Origin: Octopus sinensis
Lineage: Eukaryota
Direction of reading: 5' to 3'
DNA: 64,000 bases
Assembly (NCBI RefSeq): GCF_006345805.1
Contig: NW_021833893.1
Location: forward strand, 310,001-374,000
Shown here: in pieces, positions 1-11,290 of the stretch
How the letters are laid out: every line of letters starts with the position of its first letter
Numbering within the stretch: the stretch's first letter is position 1
The notes under the pieces: model-generated
Told to the model about the DNA's origin: nothing
The model's input: the letters and a program-made list of their open reading frames with translations, nothing else
The model's database searches: none
Translations under genes and position numbers: made by a program

Positions 1-598
1 TATATGTATAATTATTATTTTTTTTTATATATAGCCGTTTGTATATAGCCGTAAGGCTTCGTGCTGTTGTATATACATAATTCGTTGTCTGTTATATTTA
101 TATAATGTTTTGTTTGTTTCTGTCTTAGCTCACATTCGCTAGGTGTTTCCCAGTAGCTTAATAAAAGCACTGGCGCCTGCAAAATTGAGCAGTGTCAAAG
201 GCAATTGGCATGAAATTGCTATGATATTTTGCGTCTTTGATTGAAGAGGAAAACTCAGCCGCGAATACTCTGTATATCTTGTCGTTGTCTAATTTCCCAT
301 CTGTTTAGATTTCGTTTACTGTGCTTTTGTCTAACTTTTCTTTTTGTTTTCTTTCTTTCCAGCCCTTTATATACATAATACATACATACATACATACATA
401 TTCGAAGCGACAAGTCGCGTATTTGGCGTGGGAAACTATTTATCGAAAATGCGATGAATACTATCTCCGACTTTGGAGCCTTATTAAATAACTGGTTAAT
501 CTTCAGATGAAGTAACTGAGGGAGCGTTTTATTCACGATCGTCGCGATTTTCGACTGAAACTTGAATTTAGTATATACAGAGAATTACTACAAACAAC

Positions 599-870
599 AT
601 GGCCGTTCACAACATCAACAATTCAATCGAGGAACAGAACGAAAACAACAGCTCAACAGGTAAAGAAATTCTTTCTAGCTGTAGTTATGGAAGAAACCGT
701 AACAACAAAACTCATTTCTCTTGGAGTCATGAATTGAATAATGATCTATTTAATTGTTACGAAATAGCGAAACAAAACCACGCTGTTGGCTATATGAATC
801 AAGATTAAAATCATATTGGTACGATCTACATCCAGAATTAAATAATCTTACTGCGAAGCAACTACGCCAT
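599..870 (+). mobile_element. N-terminal ORF fragment of an R4/Dong-clade non-LTR retrotransposon (frameshifted)
   Basis: ORF 599-808 reads FSWSHELNNDLFNCYEIAK...GYMN. After a frameshift it continues RLKSYWYDLHPELNNLTAKQLR, which resembles the N-terminal motif I recall for R4/Dong-type ORFs. No RT follows. Confidence 0.5.
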
Positions 871-1379
871 GAATCAAAGGATGGAAAATTAAGATAAAGA
901 TAAAAATGTAAGGACGGTAAAGAGGATAAGTAAAGGTAATAAAAAGAATGAGAGCGAAATATAAAGATAACGATAAAAGGGTAAAAGGCTGGTATTCTTC
1001 TTCGTCAGGGTAGGTTCGGGGTGAGAGGTCAGGGGTTAAGGTTTTGGTAAAGTGGAGGAGGAAAGCAGACAGCATTTATGGTCATTAACGGGAAATTAAA
1101 TGGATAGATGAATTCGTGGTTCAGCGTGGTCAGAAAGAATATTTAACTTTAGTTTAATGGTCGCTAAAGAGAGCTGAAATGCTAGAAATAGATGCCTAAC
1201 TTTAGTGCAGCTGGCGTATTTTGAGGTAAAAGGTATTAATGAAGGGAATACGTACGTATATTGTTACGATTGTGAATGTAGAGAAGCAGGTGACATGTCT
1301 TGATTTTGCTTGCACTTGGACCTGTGGAAGAACCTAAAGGTACAGTAGAATTTATGTTAGCAGGAAGAGAATGCTTCAT

Positions 1380-1810
1380 GATGTATATTAAGTAATTGTG
1401 ATAAATCATGAACTAATATTTGGTGGGCTTCCGTAAGGCAGAGTCATATGTAGAGCAGTGACCTTGGTATGGGACACTAGAATCTATTATGCCCAGGTTA
1501 TCCTATATGGTATTTTCTTATTTATCAAGTGCTGTATATGGTTGACTAGGGAAGTGGATTTGCTATGCTCCTCATATCTAAATGAATTCAGATGTACGGA
1601 ATATCTCTACTTAAAATTAATTGTAGACCCTTTGCAATGGCTAGCAGAACTGTGCAGTATGTTGTGGACAGTACACTTATACACAACGTTAAATTTTCTA
1701 CAATGGTTTGCAGCGGGGATTTGGTCCCAGATCGGCAATTGCAGCTGGATCTATCTGTCCTACGTGGGTTAAATGTGGATAGGAATGATGTCGTACTATT
1801 TATGGGCAAG
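1380..1810 (-). mobile_element. Degraded Penelope-like GIY-YIG endonuclease coding remnant
   Basis: Manual minus-strand translation across frameshifts and stops: SSCNCRSGTKSPLQ / HCRKFNVVYKCTV...RYSVHLNSFRYEEHSKSTSLVNHI...ITWA / LCLTEAHQILVHDLSQLLN. This gives the Cys linker, VY motif, R..H, C-terminal LCL.E and LN pattern of PLE endonucleases. Confidence 0.75.
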
Positions 1811-2224
1811 TTGAAGTCTAGGTAGTATTTGGGGGTTGGCTCATATTAGTATCTTTGTTATGTATACCTGTCGTGTCCGTAGGGTGGGGGCTAGGGGTGG
1901 ATGTGCTATGTTATATTCAGAATCGAGGGGCAATGGCACTCGAGAGACAAGTTTCAGGAGCTTCTCTATTGCGGACCATTTTTCTTTTGCGTTAACTATT
2001 CGATCTATTCTTTCCATCTGAAGGCATCATTCGAAATACTGCCTTGATTTACCTGAGATTATATTTAAGGGGTTATGTCCTCACGAAAGCATGGACTAAC
2101 TTCCACACCTTCCGGAACAAGATGAACTGTGAGCTTTATTCTTCTATCTTTATTCTTCTACCTACTGTTTTATTCTTCTATATACAGTGAGTTCTCTGTA
2201 TGGATCTTTCCTGCATACAAACCT

Positions 2225-2302
2225 TGTCACTGATGACGGAATACCCAGTATATTAGGGTGGTAACCCATTACCTGGACAATCCCAGAAACAGGTGTAAGA
2301 CA
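2225..2302 (+). ncRNA. Degenerate type I hammerhead ribozyme-like motif
   Basis: CTGATGA at 2230-2236, GAAAC at 2286-2290, then AGGT and GTA at 2295-2297. Stem I (tgtc/gaca) and stem II (cggaat/atccca) are imperfect. Confidence 0.4.
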
Positions 2303-2574
2303 TTAATTAGTTCTACTTCTCCGTTCTTGATTCACATTATCCTGATTAAATATTTTAAATTAAATATTCTAAATGTCCAGAGATACTCATTCTGCCTTGC
2401 TTTTGTTTTCCTTTTTCTTTAATAAATACCTGATGATTCAGAAGCCTACTACAGATCCCTTGCTCCAGCCTCAGCTGTGAGCTTGGAACCTAACGGATGA
2501 CCAATTATTGTACTTACGCAGCGTACCTAGTGGTTTAGATCACCAGTAAAGTAAACCTCATATTCTTTCTTTCC

Positions 2575-2716
<142 letters not shown>

Positions 2717-3649
2717 AAAGAGAGAGTAAGGCAGATAGGGAGTAAGGGAATCATTTGAGTCATAATCTGATATTTTCATTATAAATTATTGTGTTATCTC
2801 TGTAAATTTGCCGAGAAATAAACACCCGACTCAAACCCCATTCACCACCGCATAAAACTGACTGGTAAATGATGCCTAGCAGCGCGAATATAAATCATAA
2901 ACTCTGCCAATTTTGTTTATGATTGGTCACTTTTATATGATGTCACTATCATACCATGATCACCTCGACCACTTCAAATGTCTTAGCAAGTTTAAAAAGA
3001 TTTCTCTTGTATCATAAACCATTTACTACTTCTTTGGTGCCCTTTCCCTTGATGCCCTAAGCAAGTGCTTATTTTGCTTAATAGTTAATCGAGAGCTGTA
3101 TGTGTATGTTTTCAGAAGTTTTTATAAAACGCAATAATATTAGATAAGATAGAGCAATTTAAGAAATAACATATTTTCAAAACACACTCTCATATGCTTA
3201 ATGCATGCATACATGTCCGTTTATAAATAAATTGATACTGTGAAAACATTTAATGGTTACTTCCTTTTACTGAAAGTTTGCTGTAGAAAAGCTCTAAGTC
3301 GTATATAAACTGATATGAACGATAATGAGTGTTTTAAATTGTAAATCGACACTTACACAAGATTTGTACACGAGGTTAACCGTTGACTGTGTCAACTTAA
3401 ATATATAGCTGGTATTTAATTCATCAGCTTTGGCAAGGTGAAAAACGCAAAAACAAAACAAAAACATTCACCTTTCCAAGATGTGTCACTAAATATATTA
3501 CATGGAGAAAAGTATTCAATAGTGGGACCAATAGCGCTATTGGTTGCAAGAAACATTCTATCTAACCACGTCTGCGCGCTTACACACACACACACAAATA
3601 CTCACCAACAAACAAAATACATTTCATGCAATTTGTGACCAACGAAGTT

Positions 3650-4386
3650 ATGGACATTCAACCAGCCCTCAGCTACGCTACAGCAGCAGGATGGAATGTA
3701 AATAGCGACGTTGCGCAAGTAAAGGAAATAAAACTCGAAGAACGAAGACTAAAAAAAAAGGTAACGAGCTAATTGTTAAAGAAGGAAACAGCCTGATACT
3801 GACCCCCACCAAAAGAAATATTAGAGGAAACAGCGAAAAGAACAGTTGTTTATATAACACTGTCTAATATCAGCAAAAAGGTGGAAATAGCAACCATTGA
3901 AGCCATGGAGGGGTGCCTCAAGGAGGTGAAGCACCTTACCACGTACTACACCAGAGGCAAGAAGTACGGCACAGTGGAGGTACGGTTTGCGACCGAAGAA
4001 GACGCAATAAAGTGCTCCACTGGTCGGATGAATGGGCACTACTGTCAACCTGCTGTGGCAAACGTGCGGCCAGAATTAGGATTGGCAGAATGCCCCCAGA
4101 AACGTGGCTGGTGGCGGCTATCCTCTTCAACGCCGAGGAGGAAACCAATGTCCTGAAGGTCATGAGGACAACAGAGGTGAATTGGTTTGGATACGGCCTT
4201 GAGGTGACGGTTGAAATCAGTGTCCCGGATCTGCATAAAATTGTAGATAAGATTGTTACCGGAGGAGGTCAAACTAAGAATGGCAGTGGAAGGGAAGACC
4301 CCCCCATCTGCTACCACTGTGGAGTACGGGGCCACATGCAAGCGAGGTATCCCCAGAAACAAGAAGTGGAACAGGAGGTAGAATAG
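3650..4386 (+). mobile_element. Tx1/L1-like ORF1 (gag-like) remnant with C-terminal zinc knuckle, frameshifted
   Basis: Starts MDIQPALSYATAA. Continues through ...HLTTYYTRGKKYGTVEVRF... and WALLSTCCGKRAARIRIGRMPPE to PPICYHCGVRGHMQARYP (CX2CX4HX4C knuckle with the last C changed to Y). Homologous to the copy at 31930-32680. Confidence 0.7.
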
Positions 4387-5683
4387 GAGCAGCAGGAGTG
4401 ACAATAGATCGTGTGTTTTAAAAATATATCTATTCAAGTTGCTACCATTATCAAAGTTTAAAAGGAAGAGTTTACATCAAACTTTAATAGTGGCAACACC
4501 TGCAATAAAGCTGCATTGACACGTTCTAAACCAGGATAAAATCTAGATGAAGACGAAGAAACAAGGATCAAATAAAAACTACATAGCAAGATATCTATGC
4601 AGCAAAATATGTCAGACGGCGGTTTAAATTAACTATATACTTTATTAATGATTGTCATAATAAAAACTGTGTAGATATGTAATTATTATTTTAGTTGTCT
4701 TACGCGCGCGCGTACACACACACACACACACACATACACACATAAATGTATGTATCTATTTATACACACTTATACAAATGTGTTTATTTAGTGTATGTCT
4801 ATATGTGTTTCCTGAACTCTTCTTCGTATACTTTGATCATTTGAACGGGTCACAAACATAGGAATGTTTATTTGATGGCTTGGAGGCTAAGAATTTCAAG
4901 AAACTGAACTGAGATTGGCCAGATAATCATTAAAAAAAAAGCAATCAGTCATTGATGGGATCGAATGATTTGATGACTGTACAATGGTTTCTTCCATAAA
5001 GAATCAACAACCCCCGAGCAGAAATCGAATAGACAGAATAGCAATTTGTTCATAAACATACATAAATATGGTTCTATCTTCCGGATAATTGCAGGTCTTT
5101 CGTTTATGTTTATGGAATGAAAATGGTATCGTTTGAAGAAAAACATCAAGCAGATAATTTGAAAAAAAAAAAAAATAACCCAGAAAACAAAACAAAAAAT
5201 AAAAACAAAAAAGATAAGAAAATAGAATGATGTGAAAAGAAAAGAGGAAAATAAAAATAGATGAAAAGAACAATACACAAATAAGTAATTGAAGTTTGTT
5301 TGGTTTATTACTCATATTATTGTATTTAAGATGATAGGCAAATATAGAGAGTTATGTACCACAACGTCACGAACCAGGTTCATTTCTCGTGTGCAGACAA
5401 TTCACATCTTAAAAGTTCTTTATGTACTTGACAGGGAAACCACCCCCACCTCGCACTAAAAAGACAAAAAAAGAACAAAACAACAAAAAAGCCTGTGAAC
5501 AGTTTATTTCTCATCGCTTTCACTCATAAATCTGTATGTATGTGACGGTGATATATCTTGTACATGCTGTGCTGATCAGTATAGAAAGTAGATCAATTAA
5601 CAGATATAAGTATTAGTTATATTTCATCGACACCTACATTAATTTATGCATGTGTTTAGGTAAGAATTGAGTTAAATGCCCAT

Positions 5684-5739
<56 letters not shown>

Positions 5740-5820
5740 AAGTACAATATTGATAAGGAGAATGAAGAATTTGAACATCCAAACTTAATGTTTATTTACA
5801 GTTGGTTTATTCATAATAAT

Positions 5821-5912
5821 TGTCCGACACGTGTTTCGATCGCCTTAATTGCATGTTGTTGCATATTTATATGCACCGATTTATGCTTTATTAGTACTAC
5901 CTCTTCAGGATG
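5821..5912 (-). ncRNA. Type I hammerhead ribozyme-like motif (long stem II insert)
   Basis: Minus strand CTGAAGA (5908-5902) G...C GAAAC ACGT GTC, with palindromic stem III (ACACGTGT). Stems I and II are weak. Confidence 0.5.
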
Positions 5913-6110
5913 TATAAATAGGACATTCCTCGAAGAGGAATTTCCCACCGTTATTAGTTTGAATTAGGCTTGGTAACAGTTGTAGTAAACCATGATGATC
6001 ATCGATGAGCTGTTTTTCACAACTCAGCATTGGCTGAAGGAACCAGCCTTGGTATTTTACATCGAGAAATTCGGCATCTGCCTATATATAAGGGTGGATT
6101 GTTAGCAACT

Positions 6111-6542
6111 TTTCAACAGAAAGGAAAAAATATATACGCCGCTAAAGCGATTGAAGGCGCTTACTCAGCACCAGTATTGCTAGAAATAAGAGTCAAAACA
6201 ACTCATAACCACAATAACTCACCGTCTTATTTACTGACAAGGGAAGCGAGTTCCCTAAGAACTGGGGATAGCCAGATCACCAGTGATTTTGCGTTTACAT
6301 TAACGCTCGTCAGTGGTCCTCAAACCCAACTACCTTTGCCAGCTTATCAGATCACCGTCATACGCTGATTTCATAAATGATAAAGGTGTAAATTATAAAT
6401 AATAAGACTGGTTTGTTCGCAATTTTTCAACCGAAAAGCAAAAATATATATGTCACTAAAGCGACTGAGGGCGCTATTCAGCACTAGTATTGCTAGAAAT
6501 AAGAGTCAAAACCACTTATAGCCACAACAACGCAACGTCTTA
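6111..6542 (+). repeat. Two diverged copies of a ~120-bp sequence (about 6111-6230 and 6424-6542)
   Basis: Both contain ctaaagcga.tga.ggcgct...agtattgctagaaataagagtcaaaac...gtcttat. Confidence 0.8.
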
Positions 6543-6612
6543 TGCTTTCAATATTTTTGCACCGTTTCCATACAAACACGTTCACAATCACTGCCACACC
6601 ACACACCCAAAC

Positions 6613-6668
<56 letters not shown>

Positions 6669-7287
6669 TACACACACACACACTCTATTTACACTCTAGC
6701 TACTTCACACAGATAACAACTTACACATCCATTCTGTTTGCAAATGCGCGTATAAAGACCCAACTGTAACATAAGGTATACCTACTCACACTCCTACATA
6801 CATTCGCTGACACACCTTCCTCCTACCCACCACTTACACTTTACTTAACAATTATATGCAACATCTTTATGCCTGCCATGACTACTGTATTCGCATGTAT
6901 TCCCTCGTAGTCTGAGAAAGACGGTTCTGCAATTTCTTGCTGATCAACCTGCACAAATGATTTATTTATATAGTGATCAAATGTACGTGTCGTACATTAG
7001 CTCACTCCCTCCAACTGATTGATGTTGCCTGGACAGGTGTACTGTGTACACACCTCAGATGTTGAAGTATTCGCAGAATAACATGATGTGAAATGTTTTG
7101 CTCAAGAACACAGCTCACTACCTGTCCAGTAATTGTAACCACGACCATGCGATAGTGAAAGCAACATCCTAACCACTAGGTCATGCATCCTCACACATAT
7201 ATACATAAAAACTACATACAGCATTGAATACCATACCTGATTTCTGTAATTTTTTATTTTTTATAAACACACACGTGTATATGTGTG

Positions 7288-7323
<36 letters not shown>

Positions 7324-7892
7324 TTACATGTGTGCATACACACATGGCTACGCATATGCACACACTCATACACACATATACCTGAATTGTGCCACGTGTC
7401 TATATAAGAAATGATAGCCTGATCCTCAACAAAAGATACCAAACAAATCACAAGCAACAATAGCTCTACCAACAGTAACAGTAGTTGCGTTAACAACATG
7501 AAATATATAACTAGGTGAAGATTAGAAATTTTAAAGTATAAAATTAATTTGTCAGACTGCCAAATGTGCTACTTATGTAGTTTGGTTGCGGTTCCATTTG
7601 GCGGACATCGGAACAATTAAACAATTCAAAATAAATCATTTCATTCTTCAGCCAAATTTCTTTTCATTTAACCTTTTGTTGTTGTTTTGTTGTTATTGTT
7701 TGTTGCTTTAGGTTACTCAACTCCCAAGAGATCTTAATTAGAGAAGAAACCTTTATGCATAATTATGGTGCATCAGAGATTCACATTTGGTGGAGCGAAT
7801 AGGGTGCTGTTTAAAAGTTATAAGCCAAAAATCTCATTACCTCTGTTGTTTTGCTTTAAATAGACATTATGTTGCTGGTTCAGCTCACTATA

Positions 7893-8552
7893 CTATCAGG
7901 TTAGTAAGAATGAGATTTCTGATTTTGAACTGAAAGTTTTACTTTATCTCACCTAAATTATCAATACAATTTTGCCATTTTATCGGTAGCTTATTTATGC
8001 CGGCAGCGAATAATTCTGGAAGACAAGCGGTGATAAAATCACGGAAGGCAGTTTTTGCATCTTCATATTTGAAGTTTTTCCCCTGTCTAATTCCTGGAAA
8101 ATATGATAGTTGGTGCAAGGTTAGCTGAATAGGGTGGATGACAGAATACTTCCAAGTTCAGTTCCTGTAACTAGAGTAGAGTTTTTGTAGAACATGTGGT
8201 CAAGCATTGTTTTGTAAGAGAACTGGCCTGTTTCTCTTGGTCAATCTCGGTTGTTTAATTGCAAGTTCGCTCATCATTTCATCACAAATGATGTATACAT
8301 CTGCTGTAATTGACTTACCAGGTCTCATGAAGCTGTAGTGGATGACACTAGCGCTGGACCACCAAACAGACACAATTAGCTCTTTTTTGGTGAATATTTT
8401 GTTTTTTGGATTGTGTTTTGGCACTTCGTCTCTATCCAGCCACCGTGCAGAACGCTTGTTATTGTTAATCCATTTTTCATCGCCTGTAACAATGCGATGG
8501 AAAAATGGTTGGCTTTTACGCACCGTAACCGACGTGCCCACGGCGATCAATT
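7893..8552 (-). mobile_element. Mariner (DD34D-type) transposase remnant, 3' half
   Basis: FFHRIVTGDEKWI...VSVWWS...PVLLQNNA, followed by a degenerate C-terminus (AGINKLPIKWQNCID). A TIR-like end lies near 7893. Confidence 0.85.
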
Positions 8553-8789
8553 GATGAAAGCAAAGCCCAAAGGCCCAAAGCTTTCGTGCGTGCTATAAGA
8601 CACGAGGAGACAAAAACTTTACGATAGGCACGATGGCTGAGGTGCAACAGGACAAGAAAACAATTTATTCTTCTGTGGCTTACTCAAACCCTAGAAGATG
8701 TGTTGTAGGCTTTGGTTGACTTTTCGGGACGAATGGCTGGCCAGAGCGCAGGATGGACATTAGTGCTTACCTTAACAATCGGCTGCGAT

Positions 8790-9686
8790 CTCAGCGATAA
8801 AATCCGCAGAAATATGGAAACATTGGGAGGCTGTACGGTGAGCAAATTGACTTAGTTTGTCCATACAAACTACGAGATTTACTTTTATATGACAAAATTG
8901 TTTGGAAACTTCTTGGCAGTTATCTACAGCAACTGGTATCAAGACGGGAGAATTTCCAGTTTTGTGACTTGAGATAGCGTAGTACTGATGAGGAAAAATC
9001 CTTACAAGAGCAATAACATAGCATAATTTAGCATAATTTTCTTTGCTAAACTGAGATTTTAAAATTTTGACTGACCTCTTATCAAAAAGGCTTACACTCG
9101 TCCTCGCTGATCTAAATGGTGATGCACAAACAAGCAGCATATTGAACAGAACTATTCACCAACACCTTATGCGATACATCATAGAGAAAGTGGGTAAAGA
9201 AATAGGGGTGAGTGGGCCCTGCTCAGTTTTGATCAATCAAAAGATTTCTGAACGGGCTTGTCCATGACAGTCAGTAGGGCTTGTCCGAGGTGCATGTGGA
9301 GCGATGAAACCGTTCTGCATGCTCTCGTACAGTGTCCGCACATTGCTGACTTGTGAAGCTTTGGCGAACAGTTATTTTCACGTGTAGGATGGACCCGGAT
9401 ATCGTCCGAGTCCATTGTGAAGATCGCACTGCCTCCTTCCTTTGGCCGCGAACGGAGGACAATTTTTCTCTGTTTGGCGGCTATGGCAAAAGCGGCTGTG
9501 TGGTGGACGCGATTGAAAGAGTTGAAGAAGGGTACCTTTCTCTTTGGCCAAGGCCTCATTGACTTTTTCAGGTTCCACCTGAAAAGGAATATGAGGCTGG
9601 AGAGGAAGGTACTGTCACTCAGTAAGTTCCTTGAACAGTGGGGGAATGTGACAAGAATGGCCAGCGTGAATGGGCCATCAAAGTGA
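8790..9686 (+). mobile_element. Internally deleted Tx1/L1-clade ORF2 remnant (RT N-terminus joined to C-terminal zinc finger)
   Basis: LFGNFLAVIYSNWYQDGRI; SLLN*DFKILTDLLSKRL...HLMRYIIEKVG...FDQSK; then directly CPRCMWSDETVLHALVQC...MAKAAVWWTRLK...FFRFHLKR. Confidence 0.8.
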
Positions 9687-10207
9687 CACTGGGGTAAAAT
9701 ATACGAAGCCCAGTATACCCATCATGACTACCTGTCTGATAAGAGTACACCAGACACATGCATCACAACCATATGTGGGCGACATGGTGATCTCATATCA
9801 AGATAAACAGCGCATGACCTTGCAGGTGGGGCCCAGTTAGAATTTTCTTCTGGTCGAGTAGCCTATCCCGCTCAAAAGGTCCCTGAATAAGGATTGTTTA
9901 AGGATGTTAGAACGAACCACCCATGTTTCCAAAGGTGAATTATCCAAACCTCTAAGAATTCCTTTCAACACATGGCTATGATGCTCCCCCACTACTTCTG
10001 ATCCTGATCAGAGATGCACATATCATCAGCCACTAAGGGACATGGTCAACTGGTTAAGGTCAAACAACTGACAAGCAAATCTGTGGTATTGAACAGAACA
10101 TTTGCTGTAACCCATCTTTTATACGAAGACAAAACAATATACATAACACTTATAATCAGTTAAGATCAGAAGTAATGAGAGCCACTGTCTGGTACTGCAT
10201 CAGGGCA

Positions 10208-10275
10208 TCTTCTTCTTCTTCTTCTTCTTCTTCTTCTTCTTCTTCTTCTTCTTCTTCTTCTTCTTCTTCTTCTTC

Positions 10276-10307
<32 letters not shown>

Positions 10308-10324
10308 CTTCTTCTCTTCTTCTT

Positions 10325-10353
<29 letters not shown>
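10208..10353. repeat. (TTC)n microsatellite
   Basis: Read directly from the sequence. Confidence 0.98.
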
Positions 10354-10355
<2 letters not shown>

Positions 10356-10470
10356 TCCTTTCGGGGTTGATAAATTAAGTACTAGTTACGTACTAGGGTT
10401 GCTGAAATCGACTAGCCCCCTTCACCCCCAAAATTTTCAAGGCCTTGTGCCTGAATAGAAATAATAATTA
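10354..10470 (+). mobile_element. tRNA-derived SINE family A, 3' part
   Basis: tcctttcggggttgataaattaagtac...aatcgacta...ggccttgtgcc matches the body and tail of the family A copy at 51707-51936. Confidence 0.7.
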
Positions 10471-10669
10471 TTATTTAAAACAGTGAGCGAGCAGAATCAT
10501 TAGCTAATCGAACAAAATGATTAGCAGTGTCTTTGTCCGTATTCTCGTCCCGTGTTCAAATTCCGCCGATTTCGACTTTGTCTTTTATCTTTTCGGGCCA
10601 GACAAATTAAGTACCATTATTTACATTATTTGCATTTGACGGATATTTGTCCTCATCTTGTTTGTTGTT

Positions 10670-10715
10670 AACACAACGTTTCGGCTGATATACCCACCAG
10701 CCTTCATCAGGTGTC
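10670..10715 (-). ncRNA. Minimal type I hammerhead ribozyme
   Basis: Minus strand gacac-CTGATGA-A-GGCTG(gtgggtatat)CAGCC-GAAACGTT-gtgtt. Stem I is 5 bp and stem II is 5 bp. Stem III is the loopless palindrome AACGTT, typical of dimer-forming minimal HHRs. Predicted cleavage is after 10675. Confidence 0.7.
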
Positions 10716-10792
10716 TTGGGGGAAATATCGAACCTGGGTTCTCATTACTAAGGTATTTTTCGATGTTATTATTATCATTATTATTATTATTA

Positions 10793-10847
<55 letters not shown>

Positions 10848-10851
<4 letters not shown>

Positions 10852-10918
10852 TCACTGCTTAGAATCGAACTCGGAATCTTGGGGTTAGTAGCCCGCGCTC
10901 TTTACTACGCCATATGCC
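10848..10918 (-). promoter_or_regulatory. tRNA-derived head with Pol III A/B-box-like motifs
   Basis: ggcatatggcgtagtaaagagcgcgggctactaaccccaagattccgagttcgattct: A-box-like TGGCGTAGT (shortened) and B-box-like GAGTTCGATTCT (plus-strand 10861-10872). Confidence 0.7.
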
Positions 10919-11084
10919 TGTGGGCATATGAGGACAAATATCCGTCAAATGTAAATAATGTACACAATTCCTCATTTCTTAAATAAGTAAAATAAGTACT
11001 AATTGGACACTGGGGTCGATCAAATCGATTCATCTGTCTCCCGAAATTTCTGGCCTTGTGCCAAAATTTAAAATCATTATTTAA

Positions 11085-11290
11085 GGCAGAATCGTTAACA
11101 CGGCAGACAAAATGAACATCGGTACACTCAACCGTCTTCACGTCCTTAATTCAAATTCCGCCTAGGTCGACTTTGCCTTTCATCTTTTCCGAATCGATAA
11201 AATAAGCACCAGTCCGGCAGTAGAGTCGGTGTAATCGACTAGCCTCGCCACGCAAAACTTCAACCCTTGTGTCTGTACTAGAAAGGATTA
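11085..11290 (+). mobile_element. tRNA-derived SINE family A copy
   Basis: ggcagaatcgttaacacg...ttcaaattccgcctaggtcgactttgcctttcatc...cgataaaataagcaccag. Confidence 0.8.

Larger units (their letters stand above)
10622..10962 (-). mobile_element. Small non-autonomous element: tRNA-like head + (AAT)n + hammerhead tail, with an inverted internally deleted second copy
   Basis: 35-bp inverted repeats at 10622-10656 and 10928-10962 (1 mismatch); central hairpin catatgcc-tgtg-ggcatatg at 10911-10930; tRNA-like head and HHR listed separately. Confidence 0.75.
10482..11082 (+). mobile_element. SINE family A copy split by the 10622-10962 insertion (halves about 10482-10615 and 10989-11082)
   Basis: The 5' half has a B box (gttcaaattcc) and ends gacaaattaagtacc. 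The 3' half resumes aaataagtac...actggggtcgatc...ggccttgtgccaaaattt. Confidence 0.7.

Noticed and set aside
120-200. Possible HDV-like ribozyme upstream of the R4-like ORF start (hairpin ccagtagctt...aagcactgg; ctca/tgag pairing)
   Set aside because: I could not assemble a P1/P1.1 nested double pseudoknot by eye; only a simple hairpin is supported.
8980-9005. CTGATGAGGAAAAATCC hammerhead-like start
   Set aside because: No downstream GAAA core, and it lies in Tx1 coding sequence.
9690-10207. Probable interspersed repeat between the Tx1 remnant and (TTC)n
   Set aside because: It looks familiar as a repeat, but there is no second copy or diagnostic motif in the window, so it is not classified.
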